Shown here: positions 1 through 10,558 of the stretch, piece after piece
Layout: each line of letters opens with the position of its first letter
Position numbering within the stretch: position 1 is the stretch's first letter
Origin: Blastocystis sp. subtype 4
Lineage: Eukaryota
Reading direction: 5' to 3'
Length of the DNA stretch: 45,108 bases
Assembly: GCF_000743755.1 (NCBI RefSeq)
Contig: NW_014569543.1
Coordinates: 62,001-107,108 of the forward strand
Program-made: the position numbers and the translations under genes
Notes under the pieces: model-generated
What the model was told of the DNA's origin: nothing
Seen by the model: the letters and a program-made list of their open reading frames with translations, nothing else
Databases searched by the model: none

Positions 1-2
1 GT

Positions 3-3000
3 TCAACCTGGGAACTGTTGGATTATCGTAGCGGCATTTCTCCTGGTCATTTTCAGTCAGCTCGTGTGTTCAGGATGTCTGCTGTACGCAAGGGATACAA
101 ACAATTAAAGTTCACTCTTCTGACAACAGGAGGAAGTGAAGCTGAGTTTGCAGATCTCTCGTTGTATGCTGAGGATCTTCCTCTCGCTGATTATACTGTT
201 GCTTATGAGAAGCCGTATGTATTCTATTCAGGTCAATCAGTTTTGATCAGTCCTCTCTCCACTCAGTTCCACTCATGGTCCATTACTCCGGATCTTCCAT
301 CAACTCTGACATTCGATTCATCTTGTGGTATGATCTCTGGTACTGCACCAGGTGACGAAGGAACGACGGTGTATACAGTGACTGCAAAGAGTTATCTCAC
401 TGGTGACTTGGATTATTCGGGAGCTTTGTCACTCACAATCGACTCTTGTTTCGGATCGTATCGCAAATTGCGTATTATACGTGATAATGGAGCGCATCGT
501 GGTACTGAGTACATCCATATCAAGAAGGATGGAGCCATCGTTGAAACATTCCAGCCTGTTGATGATACTGGAAGTGAAGCTTCCTCTTCAGAGACAACAT
601 TCTACTGCCTTCCTGCAGGAAAATATGAGCTTGAGTTCCATAGCGATTTCTACCCGATCTGGTCTGCTGGCTCGAAGATTACTCTTGCATCCAATTCGGT
701 TTCAGACACATTCACATTTATGGGCGCGTATTCGGCTGCTAAGGATGGAGAAGTTATTCCCATTAGTCTCGGAAATGTGCTATCTGGAGATGTGAGTGGT
801 TGGACTTATCGTGCCGATGGAGTTGTCCCAGAAAACTGGTTCTCTACATATTACTCTGAGACATGGAGTGAACTGGTGACTCCTGTTCCCTCCGTATCTC
901 AGTCTGTGTGGTTGCTGCGTCGTACGGTTCATGTTGATTCCTTAGTTAATATAAATGCTTATGAAATCGATTTGAAGGTGCGTTCAGGTGTTGTTCTCTA
1001 TGTAAATGGAGTTGAAGTCTATCGTGTACATGTGGATGGACCCGTTACTGCTTCTTCTACCTCTTCCTTCTCTGCCACTTCTCCTTCATCTCATGTATTT
1101 GTCGGATTGGTAGGAACCAATTACCTCCACACAGGTGATAACGTTCTTGCTGTTGCAGTAGTGAATAGTGGATCAGATACTGTCTCTTTGGACTTCACTG
1201 CTACTATGTACTTCCGAAGTGAAGTCAGTATGTTTGCTCATGGAACAGGTCTTAGTATATCTGGCGACGGTTCTAATGTTTCCAATCTCTTCAATGGTGG
1301 TTCAAGCAATCAATGGACTGCTACTCTTAGCGAATCTGGAGCCTCATTCCAGTTCATATGGAATACAAATGCCTGGCGTAAACAGCAGATCAACAAGTTC
1401 TGCATGGTTCCTTCTGCTGACTATCCTAAGCGAGATATTGCTGACTTTGTCGTTCTAACCACACCTGATGGAGAAGAATGGACTGAACTGACTACTTATA
1501 CAAATATTCGATTTGGAGGTCGTTTGGATCGTAAGTGTTTCTATTTGAACAATCCTACGACAATCCGAGGCATGCGAGTGCATGTAATGAAGGCAGTAGA
1601 AGGATCTTCTGTTCAATTAACTCTGTTTGATGTAATGATGGAGAACACTGACAATATACCTGAAACTTCTCTGACGTATTCTTCGAGATTCATCAGTGCT
1701 GTGAAAGGAGCTCCTATTGAAACAATTATGCCTACTTCACAAGCCTTCATGGACTATTCAATCACTCCAGATCTGCCTGAAGGACTGGTTCTTGGTAGTG
1801 ATGGATCGATTGCGGGTACACCAACCATTGCTCTTTCTGAATCTACTTTCGTAGTGCATGCTCACCCTGCAAATGGAGGAGAGGAAGTGACAGCTACACT
1901 TCTTATTGAGGTAGTTGCATGTGAAGAGTATACTCCACTCATTTTCGTTCATATCACAGAGACGGGATCTTTAGGACCTCATATGGGTTATAAGCTCATT
2001 GATCCTTTGTACGATACTGTGATCGCTGAGTATGATGGTTTCCAGCCCTATGATACTGACATTTATCATGGCTATTGTTTGGAAGAGAGAAACTATCAGA
2101 TCTTGTTCACAGACTACACACGTTCTGCTTGGCCAGGAGATGTGAAGATTCGCACAGCATCAACAGTGTTGGCCTCTTACACGATCGGTAGTTCTCAGAC
2201 ACCTGTGACTCATTCATTCAATTCTAATGTGTTCTATAGTGATGAAACACAGTGGTATTACAAGATTGACAACTCAGAACCTCCAGCGAATTGGTACTCC
2301 TCTGCGGATGCTACTAGTTCATGGCAGACTTCTATTCCTGCAAATATGGCTGCTCCTCAAGGTAAGACTGGATACTACTGCACATCGTTCAACATTTACT
2401 CTACTGAAGCTTATGGAGGCATTTCTGTCACTGTTCACACACGAGGTGGCTATGTCTTGTATTTGAATGGTGAGGAAATGAATCGAATTCGAATGCCCAA
2501 TGGAGAACTAACCCACGAGACAGAGCCAACAGAAGAAAATGAATCTTCTTTCGGTTTTGTTACTCTGGAGAGTTTCAAAAAGGCAGGTCTTAAGAACCAG
2601 AACAATCGAATTTGCATTGAAGTCCACACACAGACAATCTTGGAGGCGAGTGAATTTGCTGTGGATATCAAATTAGAAAATGAGGATGATGATTTGATTG
2701 TGGATGGTACAATGACTGCTTCACATGACGGCTTCTACAGTTCAAGCTGGGATGAGCGTAATATCAATGCAGTTGATAAGAATATAAATACCAAGTTTAC
2801 TGCTATGGATGACGGTGTTTGTGATGGAACTACTATAGTGTGGATCAAATGGCAATACAATTCAGAAAGTCGTAAGTTTGCCAACTATCTCAAGTATTAT
2901 GGTGGTAACGAGAAGAATCGTCGACCTCAATATATCAGTTTTTATGGATCCAATGATGATGTAGCCTGGACGGAGCTATTAAATACTCCTAGTGGTATCT

Positions 3001-5354
3001 CATCTACAGCAGGATATGGTCAATACATAGATTACACATTGGATAATGTGAATGCGTATAGTTATTATCGAATGGAGATGTGGGGTTGCATAGAAGAGGG
3101 AATTGAGTTAGCTGAATGGTATATTGGTACTCGTTCTACTGCTCAGATGTGTGACGCTGAAGATGGTTTTGATACTGCATACTATGGAAGTATGGCGATG
3201 AAGGCATGTCCTTCTGGATATCGTGGTGGCATCTACAGACTTTGTAAGGATGATGGTACTTTGGATTCGGAAGAAGTGAATGAGTGTGTGTTGAATGCTC
3301 CTCGTAGTCTGAAGTATGGTGATCACAATGATGTGACTCTTATCTATCAGAAGGATCAATCTGTCGGTCCTGAGGTGTATGGAATTGTTGAAGAATATTC
3401 AATTTCCCCTGCTCTGCCTAATGACCTGGTGTTTGATACAACGACTGGAGTGATTTCTGGAGCTGTACAAACCATTTTGACTAGTCAGGTGTTCACTGTG
3501 CAAGCTAGCAATTCGGCTGGCTCAACGACAGTAGTAATTCGTTTAACTTCGGAGGTACGTAACTGTGAGGCTACAAGTGAGTATGTTGCCGCCCTTCACG
3601 GTGAATATCAGACTTCTTACTGTCCAGTACACTATAGCGGTTATGCACGTGTCCTTTGTAATGGTGGTGACTTCATTCGTGAACTGGATCACTGTACGCA
3701 ACGTTCTTGTTCTGTCTTCACTTATGGATTTACTACTGTGACGGCCATAACTGGCGTAGCTATTGAGCCTATGTCGCTTCTTGTTGATGCAGACTTCCCT
3801 ACGATAACTATTTCTCCTAGTCTTCCTGAAGGATTAACTATGAGTGATGATGGAACAATTTCCGGTACACCAACGACTCCTTCTTCTGAGACAAGCTATG
3901 AGATTAAGGGAGTGAATAGTCTTGAAGAGAAAACAACTCTGCTCACTATTACAGTGAATGACAATGGTTGTGCTGCTCTTGATTCGTTCCCTGCTGCTGC
4001 AAATGGAGCTACCTCATCATCTACTGCTGCCTGTCCTACTTACATGCATGGCACAGCAACTCGTTTATGTACGAATGGTGTCTTTGGAGAGATCAATCAG
4101 AGTGGCTGTACTTATGATTCTATTACTGGATTTAGTTATCAGCCAAGTTCTGTTAGCGTGGTGGCTGGAGCTGCCATCGTTGTTGCCCCAACATATCAGG
4201 GATATGTGGAAGCGATCACCATTGTGGGAGGTACGCTTCCAAGCACCTTAACTTTGTCATCATCTGGTGTCATTAGTGGTTATGCTTCTACTGTTGGCAC
4301 TGTGACGTACACAATTCGTGCTTCCAACATCGTCTCTAATGCGGACACCACTGTAACGGTGATTGTGACACCTGCTTCTTGTAGCGGAGTGAATGGAATC
4401 AATATTCCTGATGGAGAGAGAGTGACCTACGAGTGTCCAACTGGAATGATTGGTCAGGCATTCCGTACTTGTACGAATGGAGTCTTGAGTGTATTGGATG
4501 AAAGTGAATGTCAGTATCCACTTCCCTCAGATTTCTCATACATACCAAATGTGCAGATTGTAACAGTGAATGACAATGTTTGGTTCACAGCTCCTGTCTA
4601 CACTGGACGAGTGGTCGCTTTCACTATCGATCCTTCTCTTCCTGATGGTCTCTATCTGGATTCTACCCAGGGTTTCATAAGTGGAACTCCTGTTAATGTA
4701 ACAAGTTCTCAAGTATATACTATTTATGCTTCAAATGAATCTGGCTCTGCGAATACCACCTTCACACTTCAGGTTCGTGTTGCTCATTGTGATGCTACCA
4801 AGGATTTCCCTGAGACTGCTAGTGGTGAATCTTATTCGTTCGATTGTACAACTGTTACTGGATATAAGGGTTATTCGGAGCGTAAGTGTATCATGTCAGA
4901 TGATAAAATTCATGCCATCTGGAGTACTCCTTTATCGTTCTGTATTGAGAGCAAGGTTGATTTGATGATGATTCTTGGAATTATCCTTATTATTGTGGGT
5001 CTACTACTTGTTGTATGGGGAATCTTGTTGATGGTGAAGAGAGAAAATAAAACTCTTGTTAAGACTAAGCCTGTGGAGGCTGCAAAGGTAGCGACAAAGG
5101 CTGCGGCTGCTCCTACACCAGTACCTGCTCCGGCTCCCGCACCTGTTCCTGCCCCTGGCCCAACTCCTGCTCCTGCCCCAGCACCTGCCTCAGCTCCTGC
5201 CCCAGTACCTGCTCCTGCTCCAGCACCTGTTCCTGCTCCTGCTCCTATTCCTGCTCCTGCTCCTATTCCTGCTCCAACTCCAGCTCCCACCGCTGTACCT
5301 GCCTCTGCTCCTGCTCCTGCCCCAGCTCCCACGGGTCCTTCTGTAAAGCCTTAA
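3..5354 (+). CDS. Large type-I membrane/surface protein (5'-truncated): F5/8- or galactose-binding-like domains, 6 He_PIG (putative Ig) repeats, 5 Cys-rich modules, TM helix, Pro-Ala tail
   Basis: Frame is open from nt 3 to TAA 5352-5354. Six copies of (Y/F)SIxPxLPxGLxxDxxxGxISGTP-like He_PIG motifs. TM MMILGIILIIVGLLLVVWGILLMV is followed by KRENK. Confidence 0.85.
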   Translation, partial: STWELLDYRSGISPGHFQSARVFRMSAVRKGYKQLKFTLLTTGGSEAEFADLSLYAEDLPLADYTVAYEKPYVFYSGQSVLISPLSTQFHSWSITPDLPSTLTFDSSCGMISGTAPGDEGTTVYTVTAKSYLTGDLDYSGALSLTIDSCFGSYRKLRIIRDNGAHRGTEYIHIKKDGAIVETFQPVDDTGSEASSSETTFYCLPAGKYELEFHSDFYPIWSAGSKITLASNSVSDTFTFMGAYSAAKDGEVIPISLGNVLSGDVSGWTYRADGVVPENWFSTYYSETWSELVTPVPSVSQSVWLLRRTVHVDSLVNINAYEIDLKVRSGVVLYVNGVEVYRVHVDGPVTASSTSSFSATSPSSHVFVGLVGTNYLHTGDNVLAVAVVNSGSDTVSLDFTATMYFRSEVSMFAHGTGLSISGDGSNVSNLFNGGSSNQWTATLSESGASFQFIWNTNAWRKQQINKFCMVPSADYPKRDIADFVVLTTPDGEEWTELTTYTNIRFGGRLDRKCFYLNNPTTIRGMRVHVMKAVEGSSVQLTLFDVMMENTDNIPETSLTYSSRFISAVKGAPIETIMPTSQAFMDYSITPDLPEGLVLGSDGSIAGTPTIALSESTFVVHAHPANGGEEVTATLLIEVVACEEYTPLIFVHITETGSLGPHMGYKLIDPLYDTVIAEYDGFQPYDTDIYHGYCLEERNYQILFTDYTRSAWPGDVKIRTASTVLASYTIGSSQTPVTHSFNSNVFYSDETQWYYKIDNSEPPANWYSSADATSSWQTSIPANMAAPQGKTGYYCTSFNIYSTEAYGGISVTVHTRGGYVLYLNGEEMNRIRMPNGELTHETEPTEENESSFGFVTLESFKKAGLKNQNNRICIEVHTQTILEASEFAVDIKLENEDDDLIVDGTMTASHDGFYSSSWDERNINAVDKNINTKFTAMDDGVCDGTTIVWIKWQYNSESRKFANYLKYYGGNEKNRRPQYISFYGSNDDVAWTELLNTPSGISSTAGYGQYIDYTLDNVNAYSYYRMEMWGCIEEGIELAEWYIGTRSTAQMCDAEDGFDTAYYGSMAMKACPSGYRGGIYRLCKDDGTLDSEEVNECVLNAPRSLKYGDHNDVTLIYQKDQSVGPEVYGIVEEYSISPALPNDLVFDTTTGVISGAVQTILTSQVFTVQASNSAGSTTVVIRLTSEVRNCEATSEYVAALHGEYQTSYCPVHYSGYARVLCNGGDFIRELDHCTQRSCSVFTYGFTTVTAITGVAIEPMSLLVDADFPTITISPSLPEGLTMSDDGTISGTPTTPSSETSYEIKGVNSLEEKTTLLTITVNDNGCAALDSFPAAANGATSSSTAACPTYMHGTATRLCTNGVFGEINQSGCTYDSITGFSYQPSSVSVVAGAAIVVAPTYQGYVEAITIVGGTLPSTLTLSSSGVISGYASTVGTVTYTIRASNIVSNADTTVTVIVTPASCSGVNGINIPDGERVTYECPTGMIGQAFRTCTNGVLSVLDESECQYPLPSDFSYIPNVQIVTVNDNVWFTAPVYTGRVVAFTIDPSLPDGLYLDSTQGFISGTPVNVTSSQVYTIYASNESGSANTTFTLQVRVAHCDATKDFPETASGESYSFDCTTVTGYKGYSERKCIMSDDKIHAIWSTPLSFCIESKVDLMMILGIILIIVGLLLVVWGILLMVKRENKTLVKTKPVEAAKVATKAAAAPTPVPAPAPAPVPAPGPTPAPAPAPASAPAPVPAPAPAPVPAPAPIPAPAPIPAPTPAPTAVPASAPAPAPAPTGPSVKP
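5109..5330 (+). repeat. Coding low-complexity (Pro-Ala)n repeat, CCTGCT-type hexamers
   Basis: Translates to APTPVPAPAPAPVPAPGPTPAPAPAP... Confidence 0.95.
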
Positions 5355-5731
5355 TAATCTATTTGTTGATTTATTGTTTGTATGATCAGAGTACTTTGAA
5401 TTATCGTCCCACTCTAATTGGTATTTTTCGGGTCAATACTACTTATGAACATTCTTCTCTAGTCTATTCCATGTAGCAGTCAATATAGTAGAAAAAGAAT
5501 CACTAATTAAAGGTGCATTCCATAGTCCAACAATAGTAGTAACTGTAAACCGATTTATATTTGTGTTGGAATTAGATTCCATTATTCAGTGAGAAGACTG
5601 GATAAGATTAGTTACTTTTGTTTGGTATGGCTATTAAAGTATGGTAGAACGCGCAACGACATGCAAATACTTTGTTAAGTTGTCAGGTTAACAATTGTTA
5701 TAAGTCATTAACTATTATCATCAGTTGTCTA

Positions 5732-6358
5732 ATGGATTTACTACATCCGGTTCCAGAGATCGGTGTGTGTAAGTCGTATTTTGTTCGTTTTACTCTAGTT
5801 TCTGATGATACATGTGATATCTGTATGACAAGGAAGGCATCAATCTATTGTTCTTGTAATATGCACAAAATGTGTTGCAGTTGTTGTTGTCGCTGGGCGT
5901 CAATGAGATGTTGTCCATTATGCAGACCACTGAGAATACGCTCTTTGGAAAAACGAACTGGAAGGCCGTATATAACACCAAGTACCTATATGCCGTTGAC
6001 ACGATATGAGGGTTCTAGCGGGATTCTACCAATTATTACGGATGATGTAAACTCAGATCTAGAGCAAGACGAAGACTTGCTTTCTAAGGAGTCTGATTCA
6101 GTGTGGGGTACATCGAGTCTTTCGGATTGCGGCAATATCACTATATGTTTTAATGCAAGTGATCCTTTGCTGTCTGATGCTTCACAATTGCTTTCAGGTG
6201 AAACTTTGAATAGCTCTCATGAAGATCCTTTCCATGTTCCTCAAGAATATGCTATAATATCGAATTCTTTCGCCTCTTCTATAAACTGGGATCCAGATTC
6301 TCATGCAGTATTAGTGAAGTCGCCAATATATACGTGTAACATTCCTTTAGGGTTTTAA
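5732..6358 (+). CDS. RING-finger (C3HC4-like) protein
   Basis: CDIC...CSCNMHKMCCSC...CPLCR. ATG at 5732; probable in-frame 30-nt intron 5769-5798 (GTAAGT...CTAG). The 3' end is uncertain. Confidence 0.6.
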   Translation: MDLLHPVPEIGVCKSYFVRFTLVSDDTCDICMTRKASIYCSCNMHKMCCSCCCRWASMRCCPLCRPLRIRSLEKRTGRPYITPSTYMPLTRYEGSSGILPIITDDVNSDLEQDEDLLSKESDSVWGTSSLSDCGNITICFNASDPLLSDASQLLSGETLNSSHEDPFHVPQEYAIISNSFASSINWDPDSHAVLVKSPIYTCNIPLGF

Positions 6359-6420
6359 TTTGTAACATATGTGTTGCGTACTACTCTTTGTTTTATCAAT
6401 TCTCTTTTCGTGACGGACGG

Positions 6421-7278
6421 ATGTTCTCACACGCATGGAAATCTATTTCAGCGAAAAATGGAGCAGTCCAGAAGTTTTATAGTCAATACAAGTACTGTTG
6501 TTGGTTGAGGATCCCATTGATAGAACAGCATTTACTGTTGTTACTACGCTTATTGGAACGAGTGCAGCATGGGCCTCGTACTTTGCAAGAGCAAAGCACA
6601 ATCAGAAGCTGTTAGGAATCCATTGCTATAGTAAAGCGTAGAGAAAAGGACATTGAACATATTAATCAATCTATTGCGGAGATTCCCAAAAAGACGAACA
6701 ATATGTATGATCGGATGGATATGATTATCCTGGGTTCTAGTGCACTAGTTGTTGGGTATTCGAATGGTTGTATGATTCCTTCTAGATATTTAACTTGTGC
6801 TGTGAAACATAAAACGGTAAATTATTATCGATACTGGAATGCACGAAAGGCGGTTTCAAAGGCTGTGAAGACAGGAGGAGATCCAGCTGTGTCTTCTGGA
6901 TTGGTATCCAAAGAGGAGATTCGGACACTAGAGAAGAACGAAAATCATCTGTTTCGATATTATCTTCAGAGCTGTAAGCAGACAGTTTGTTCAATGGGAA
7001 CTACGGTTATCAATTCTATGGGTTCACTCTTTGTAAAGACAGGACAACTACTGAAATCTTCGGTAACGAAGAATTCAAAGCTGTTGGAATCCACAAAGGC
7101 TTTTTGTCATCGCATCTCAACTGCAGTATATCATTTTACGAATAGCATTTCAACAAGATATAACAACTTGTTGTATCGGTATAATCTGTATGCCATCGAG
7201 AAGAAGCATGCCAAATCCATGCTTGATGGAGAAAAAGAAGTCATTAATAAAGCAAACATGAGTTCTATTATTGAATAA
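6421..7278 (+). CDS. Hypothetical protein with two hydrophobic segments (spliced)
   Basis: Removing GT-AG introns at ~6492-6522 and ~6610-6640 joins MFSHAWKS...YK-TAFTVVTTLIGTSAAWASYF...KL-EKDIEHIN to ORF 6703-7278. Probable third in-frame intron 6756-6785. Confidence 0.55.
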
Positions 7279-7355
7279 GAATGTTTTTATGGAGAAAGGA
7301 ATTAGACTACAAATCGGATCAATTTTGTTCCCCACAATTCGGCAATTCCATTTGA

Positions 7356-8585
7356 TGAATAGAACGCTCAGACCAATCTCTAATCTATGTAGATTATCGA
7401 TTGCATCTCAGATTGGGATCGCCAAAGTGATTTGGCACCAACCTTATCGCTTCTTCTCAAAGACGGCTTCAAATGAAGTTATATCTACGAAGGAAGTTTC
7501 GAACGCAGTTTGCAATAATAAAAAGACAATTGAAGTATTGTGTCCCGAACTCATCAAGTACTGGCACTCAGCAAAGAATATGAATATCAAGCCAAGTGAG
7601 CTTTCGATAAATTCATCGGCGAAAATATGGTGGAAGTGTACAAAGGGTTTGGATCATGAGTGGCAGGCATCGCCACATAGTCTTTATGAGCTATGCCTTC
7701 ATGGCAAGACCGTGTGTCCATTTTGCGCGAATCGCAAGGTGTCTGTGACGAATTCTCTTGCTACTCTCTATCCAGAAATAGCCTCTCAATGGCACCCCAC
7801 ATTGAATGGTTCTCTGACTCCTTCCAGGGTTCTCCCAACTTCTTCGTTAAGTGTTTGGTGGAAATGTGATAAAGGGGAGAATCATGTTTGGCAACGGCTT
7901 ATTCGTAATCGGACGCACCCTCGCTCTTCAATTGAGGACAAATGTCCGTTTTGTGTTGGAGCTGATAAGGAGTCTAATTCACTTGCCACTTGTCGTCCTG
8001 ATCTGGCTGCAGAGTGGGATTATGAGCGCAATGGAGCCTTAACACCGCACAACGTGTCGAAGAGCTCATCGAAGAAAGTCTGGTGGATCTGCCCTGTAGG
8101 ACATCACTATCAATGTACGGTTTATAATCGTGGGAGTACACACAACACAAACTGTCCAATTTGTAGTGGACGTAATGTGATTGATTCAACCAAATTGAGT
8201 GGACATGCATTGTTAATGGATTTCTTCGACACAAAGAAGAATGTAGGAGTAGATTTAAACAAGGTGTCTGTTTTAAGCAAGAAGCAGTTATTTTGGCGAT
8301 GCCCAGAGAGTCTGTATGATGAATCGAAGAAGGATCATCATTGGAGATGTTCAGTTTATGATATGACCAATGTCTTTAATTGTGAATGTCCTATTTGTAC
8401 AAACTCTCCATTCTTTGGAGATCATTCGAAACTCCCTTCTGTAGGAATGAAAAGTAGTGTATTTGTGAAGTTGATCACAAATAGGACTTACAAAAAATGG
8501 TAGTAACAGACAGATAGGAAGACGACGTCGACATACAGTAGATGATCTTGATGGTCTGTTGGCAGCAATCCCTTTAGATGAATAA
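7356..8585 (+). CDS. DUF4379-type (treble-clef) zinc-ribbon repeat protein, 4 repeats, possible organellar presequence
   Basis: Repeats of P(E/D)(L/I)xxxW...N...P..(V/L)...S.K(V/I)WW.C..H.(W/Y).....CP.C. A 31-nt intron 8454-8484 extends the frame to TAA 8583-8585, followed by TGTTTGTT at 8588. ATG choice (7356) is inferred. Confidence 0.75.
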
Positions 8586-8587
8586 TT

Positions 8588-8595
8588 TGTTTGTT
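8588..8595 (+). terminator. TGTTTGTT polyadenylation/cleavage motif (DUF4379 gene)
   Basis: Starts 5 nt after the T of TAA 8583. Confidence 0.8.
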
Positions 8596-8625
8596 TTTCG
8601 ATTGTATAGTACAAATAAGGTAAAA

Positions 8626-10471
8626 CTACCGATAACGTTTTGAACAAGACGGAAATGATAATCCTTCGGTATCGCTAAGGAGTCGAATAAGTACATGAAA
8701 CATCTCCACTTTTGGATTGTATCTGCTAGTGATTTCTCGAAGAAACTGTTTCACATACGTAGATCTACAATTATGATACTCCAAATGATTTACTCTGGAT
8801 GAGGAAAGTCGAATCCAAAATCAGAAATTAGCAAATAAAACTGGAATGCTAATAATTACACATTCATCTCATTCTTACCTTCATATTGTAGTAATTCGAT
8901 AAATACGACCTTATTAAATCCATAATTGATAAAATATGGATGATACAGTGGAGTTAGTTCATGTCGTCTCACAATCACATAAGGTTCCATACGAGTGAAA
9001 TTCAAACACTTCAGTTTGACTGCAATAGGTGATTCCATTGTGTACCAGTAGCGACTTACACAATTCTAAAAGGAAAAGAAGGGATGCATACCTACATGTC
9101 GATTCTGACTAGGATTAGCATAAGTGCATTTCCTCATATTCACGCATGCATGTAATGCTTCTTTAGTCTCTGGGACATAAGGAACTGCTCTACGCATAAT
9201 CAACAGACATCAACACGACTTTTCAATTGTATAATCTTCCATCTTCTTCACCTCCGAGAGAGTTGACCCTGCTAACTGGAATGCAGGGAGAATAATCGCT
9301 GTTTTGCGATCATGAAGAATGGAGTCATTAAGCTGTTTAATATGGTCATACGTTGTATCTACTTATAAGAAAGAGATAAAATAAGAACTTGATGGCCATA
9401 AGTCCATGTCCAGATTAATGTAATGAGTAGTGACTGTATTGAGAATTGCTACATCACGGAGAACATTAATAGGATAAATTCGTTTGTATTGACGTAAAGG
9501 ACGATAAACGTTTCCATGCTTCCAGTACACAATGTCGAAATGGGAGCGATCATATCTGGAATCAACAATATAAAATGTGACTCTCAGATTCGGGACATTA
9601 CTGTACTGTTTTAACCATGCATCAACAATCTCAATCTCCGAATCTAACAGAAAGATTGCTATAGAAAAAGGTCCTTTCCATCGTTCCACTATATATTTCA
9701 TGTAAGGCAAACGATTCACTCTACTCATGATCCATGATTCTAAGGACTAACGTTGAGTGTGTGACATAAGTAAAATCAACAGGAGCATCCATTGGAGGAA
9801 CTATTCATAAAACCAAAGCATTAGTGAAACCTGGTTGTTCCTTGTAGTATGTAAAATGTCTGGTATTGGAATCCCAAGAGAGCATCCAATGTCGCTGACA
9901 AAATGAATAGTTTATGGGGTTCTTCGAACATGAATAATGCACCTTCTCTGCGTTATCTCTCCATATATCACGAAGAGTCTCTGTAGATGGAGTATTTAGC
10001 GAGTGTAAGACGAGATCCTCAGGATAACCATTGTCAGGAACCAAGTGCAATAAAGACTTGATACCCAAAAGATAGATATTTGGGTCGGTCTGATTACGTT
10101 GAATCAGTTTTTCTAACCTAGTTGATTCTCGAGCTAGTGAGATAGATGTTACCTGAGGTAATATGGATTGAACTTCTGTTGATTTATTGACTGTAATAGT
10201 CTGAAAACTTGAAGTATTAAATACATAGGAGTTCGTTGCAAACGATGGACGATGCGCTATAGTAGGTGAAGGATTGCTATTTCTTATAATATATGTTATT
10301 GGGGAAATAACTGAAGTCATGTTCATAACCTGAATAACCCAACCAACAAAATGACGATCGTCCTTATAGCGGGATGAAATAGAAACTTCTAGTTATTACA
10401 TATACCATTGACACGATACGAATATAGAGAATCGCAAAAAGAACAACGGTCAACCAATACAGAATATCCAT
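8626..10471 (-). CDS. Glycosyltransferase family 49 (LARGE/B4GAT1-like), type II membrane protein
   Basis: Spliced N-terminus MDILYWLTVVLFAILYIQ (signal anchor); RWKGPFSIAIF, YPINVLRDVA, DMD (DxD), EPYVIV, FINYGFNK, FPHP. TAG at 8626-8628. Confidence 0.8.
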
Positions 10472-10558
10472 ATGAATACTCTTTGAGATTCCAATAAACT
10501 ATGTCTTATATGGGATCCCAAGACTTGGTGTGTCTGATAAGAATGACAGTTATCAATA

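Noticed and set aside
4910..5332. Antisense GAGAGA (silk-like) ORF
   Set aside because: It is just the reverse complement of the Pro-Ala repeat.
5355..5731. Relatively long intergenic gap, possible ncRNA
   Set aside because: No recognisable tRNA, snRNA or snoRNA boxes or stable structure by eye.
6319..6420. A possible 32-nt intron that would fuse the RING gene in frame to the 6421 gene
   Set aside because: Formally possible, but there is no homology support and each gene has a plausible stop and start; needs cDNA.
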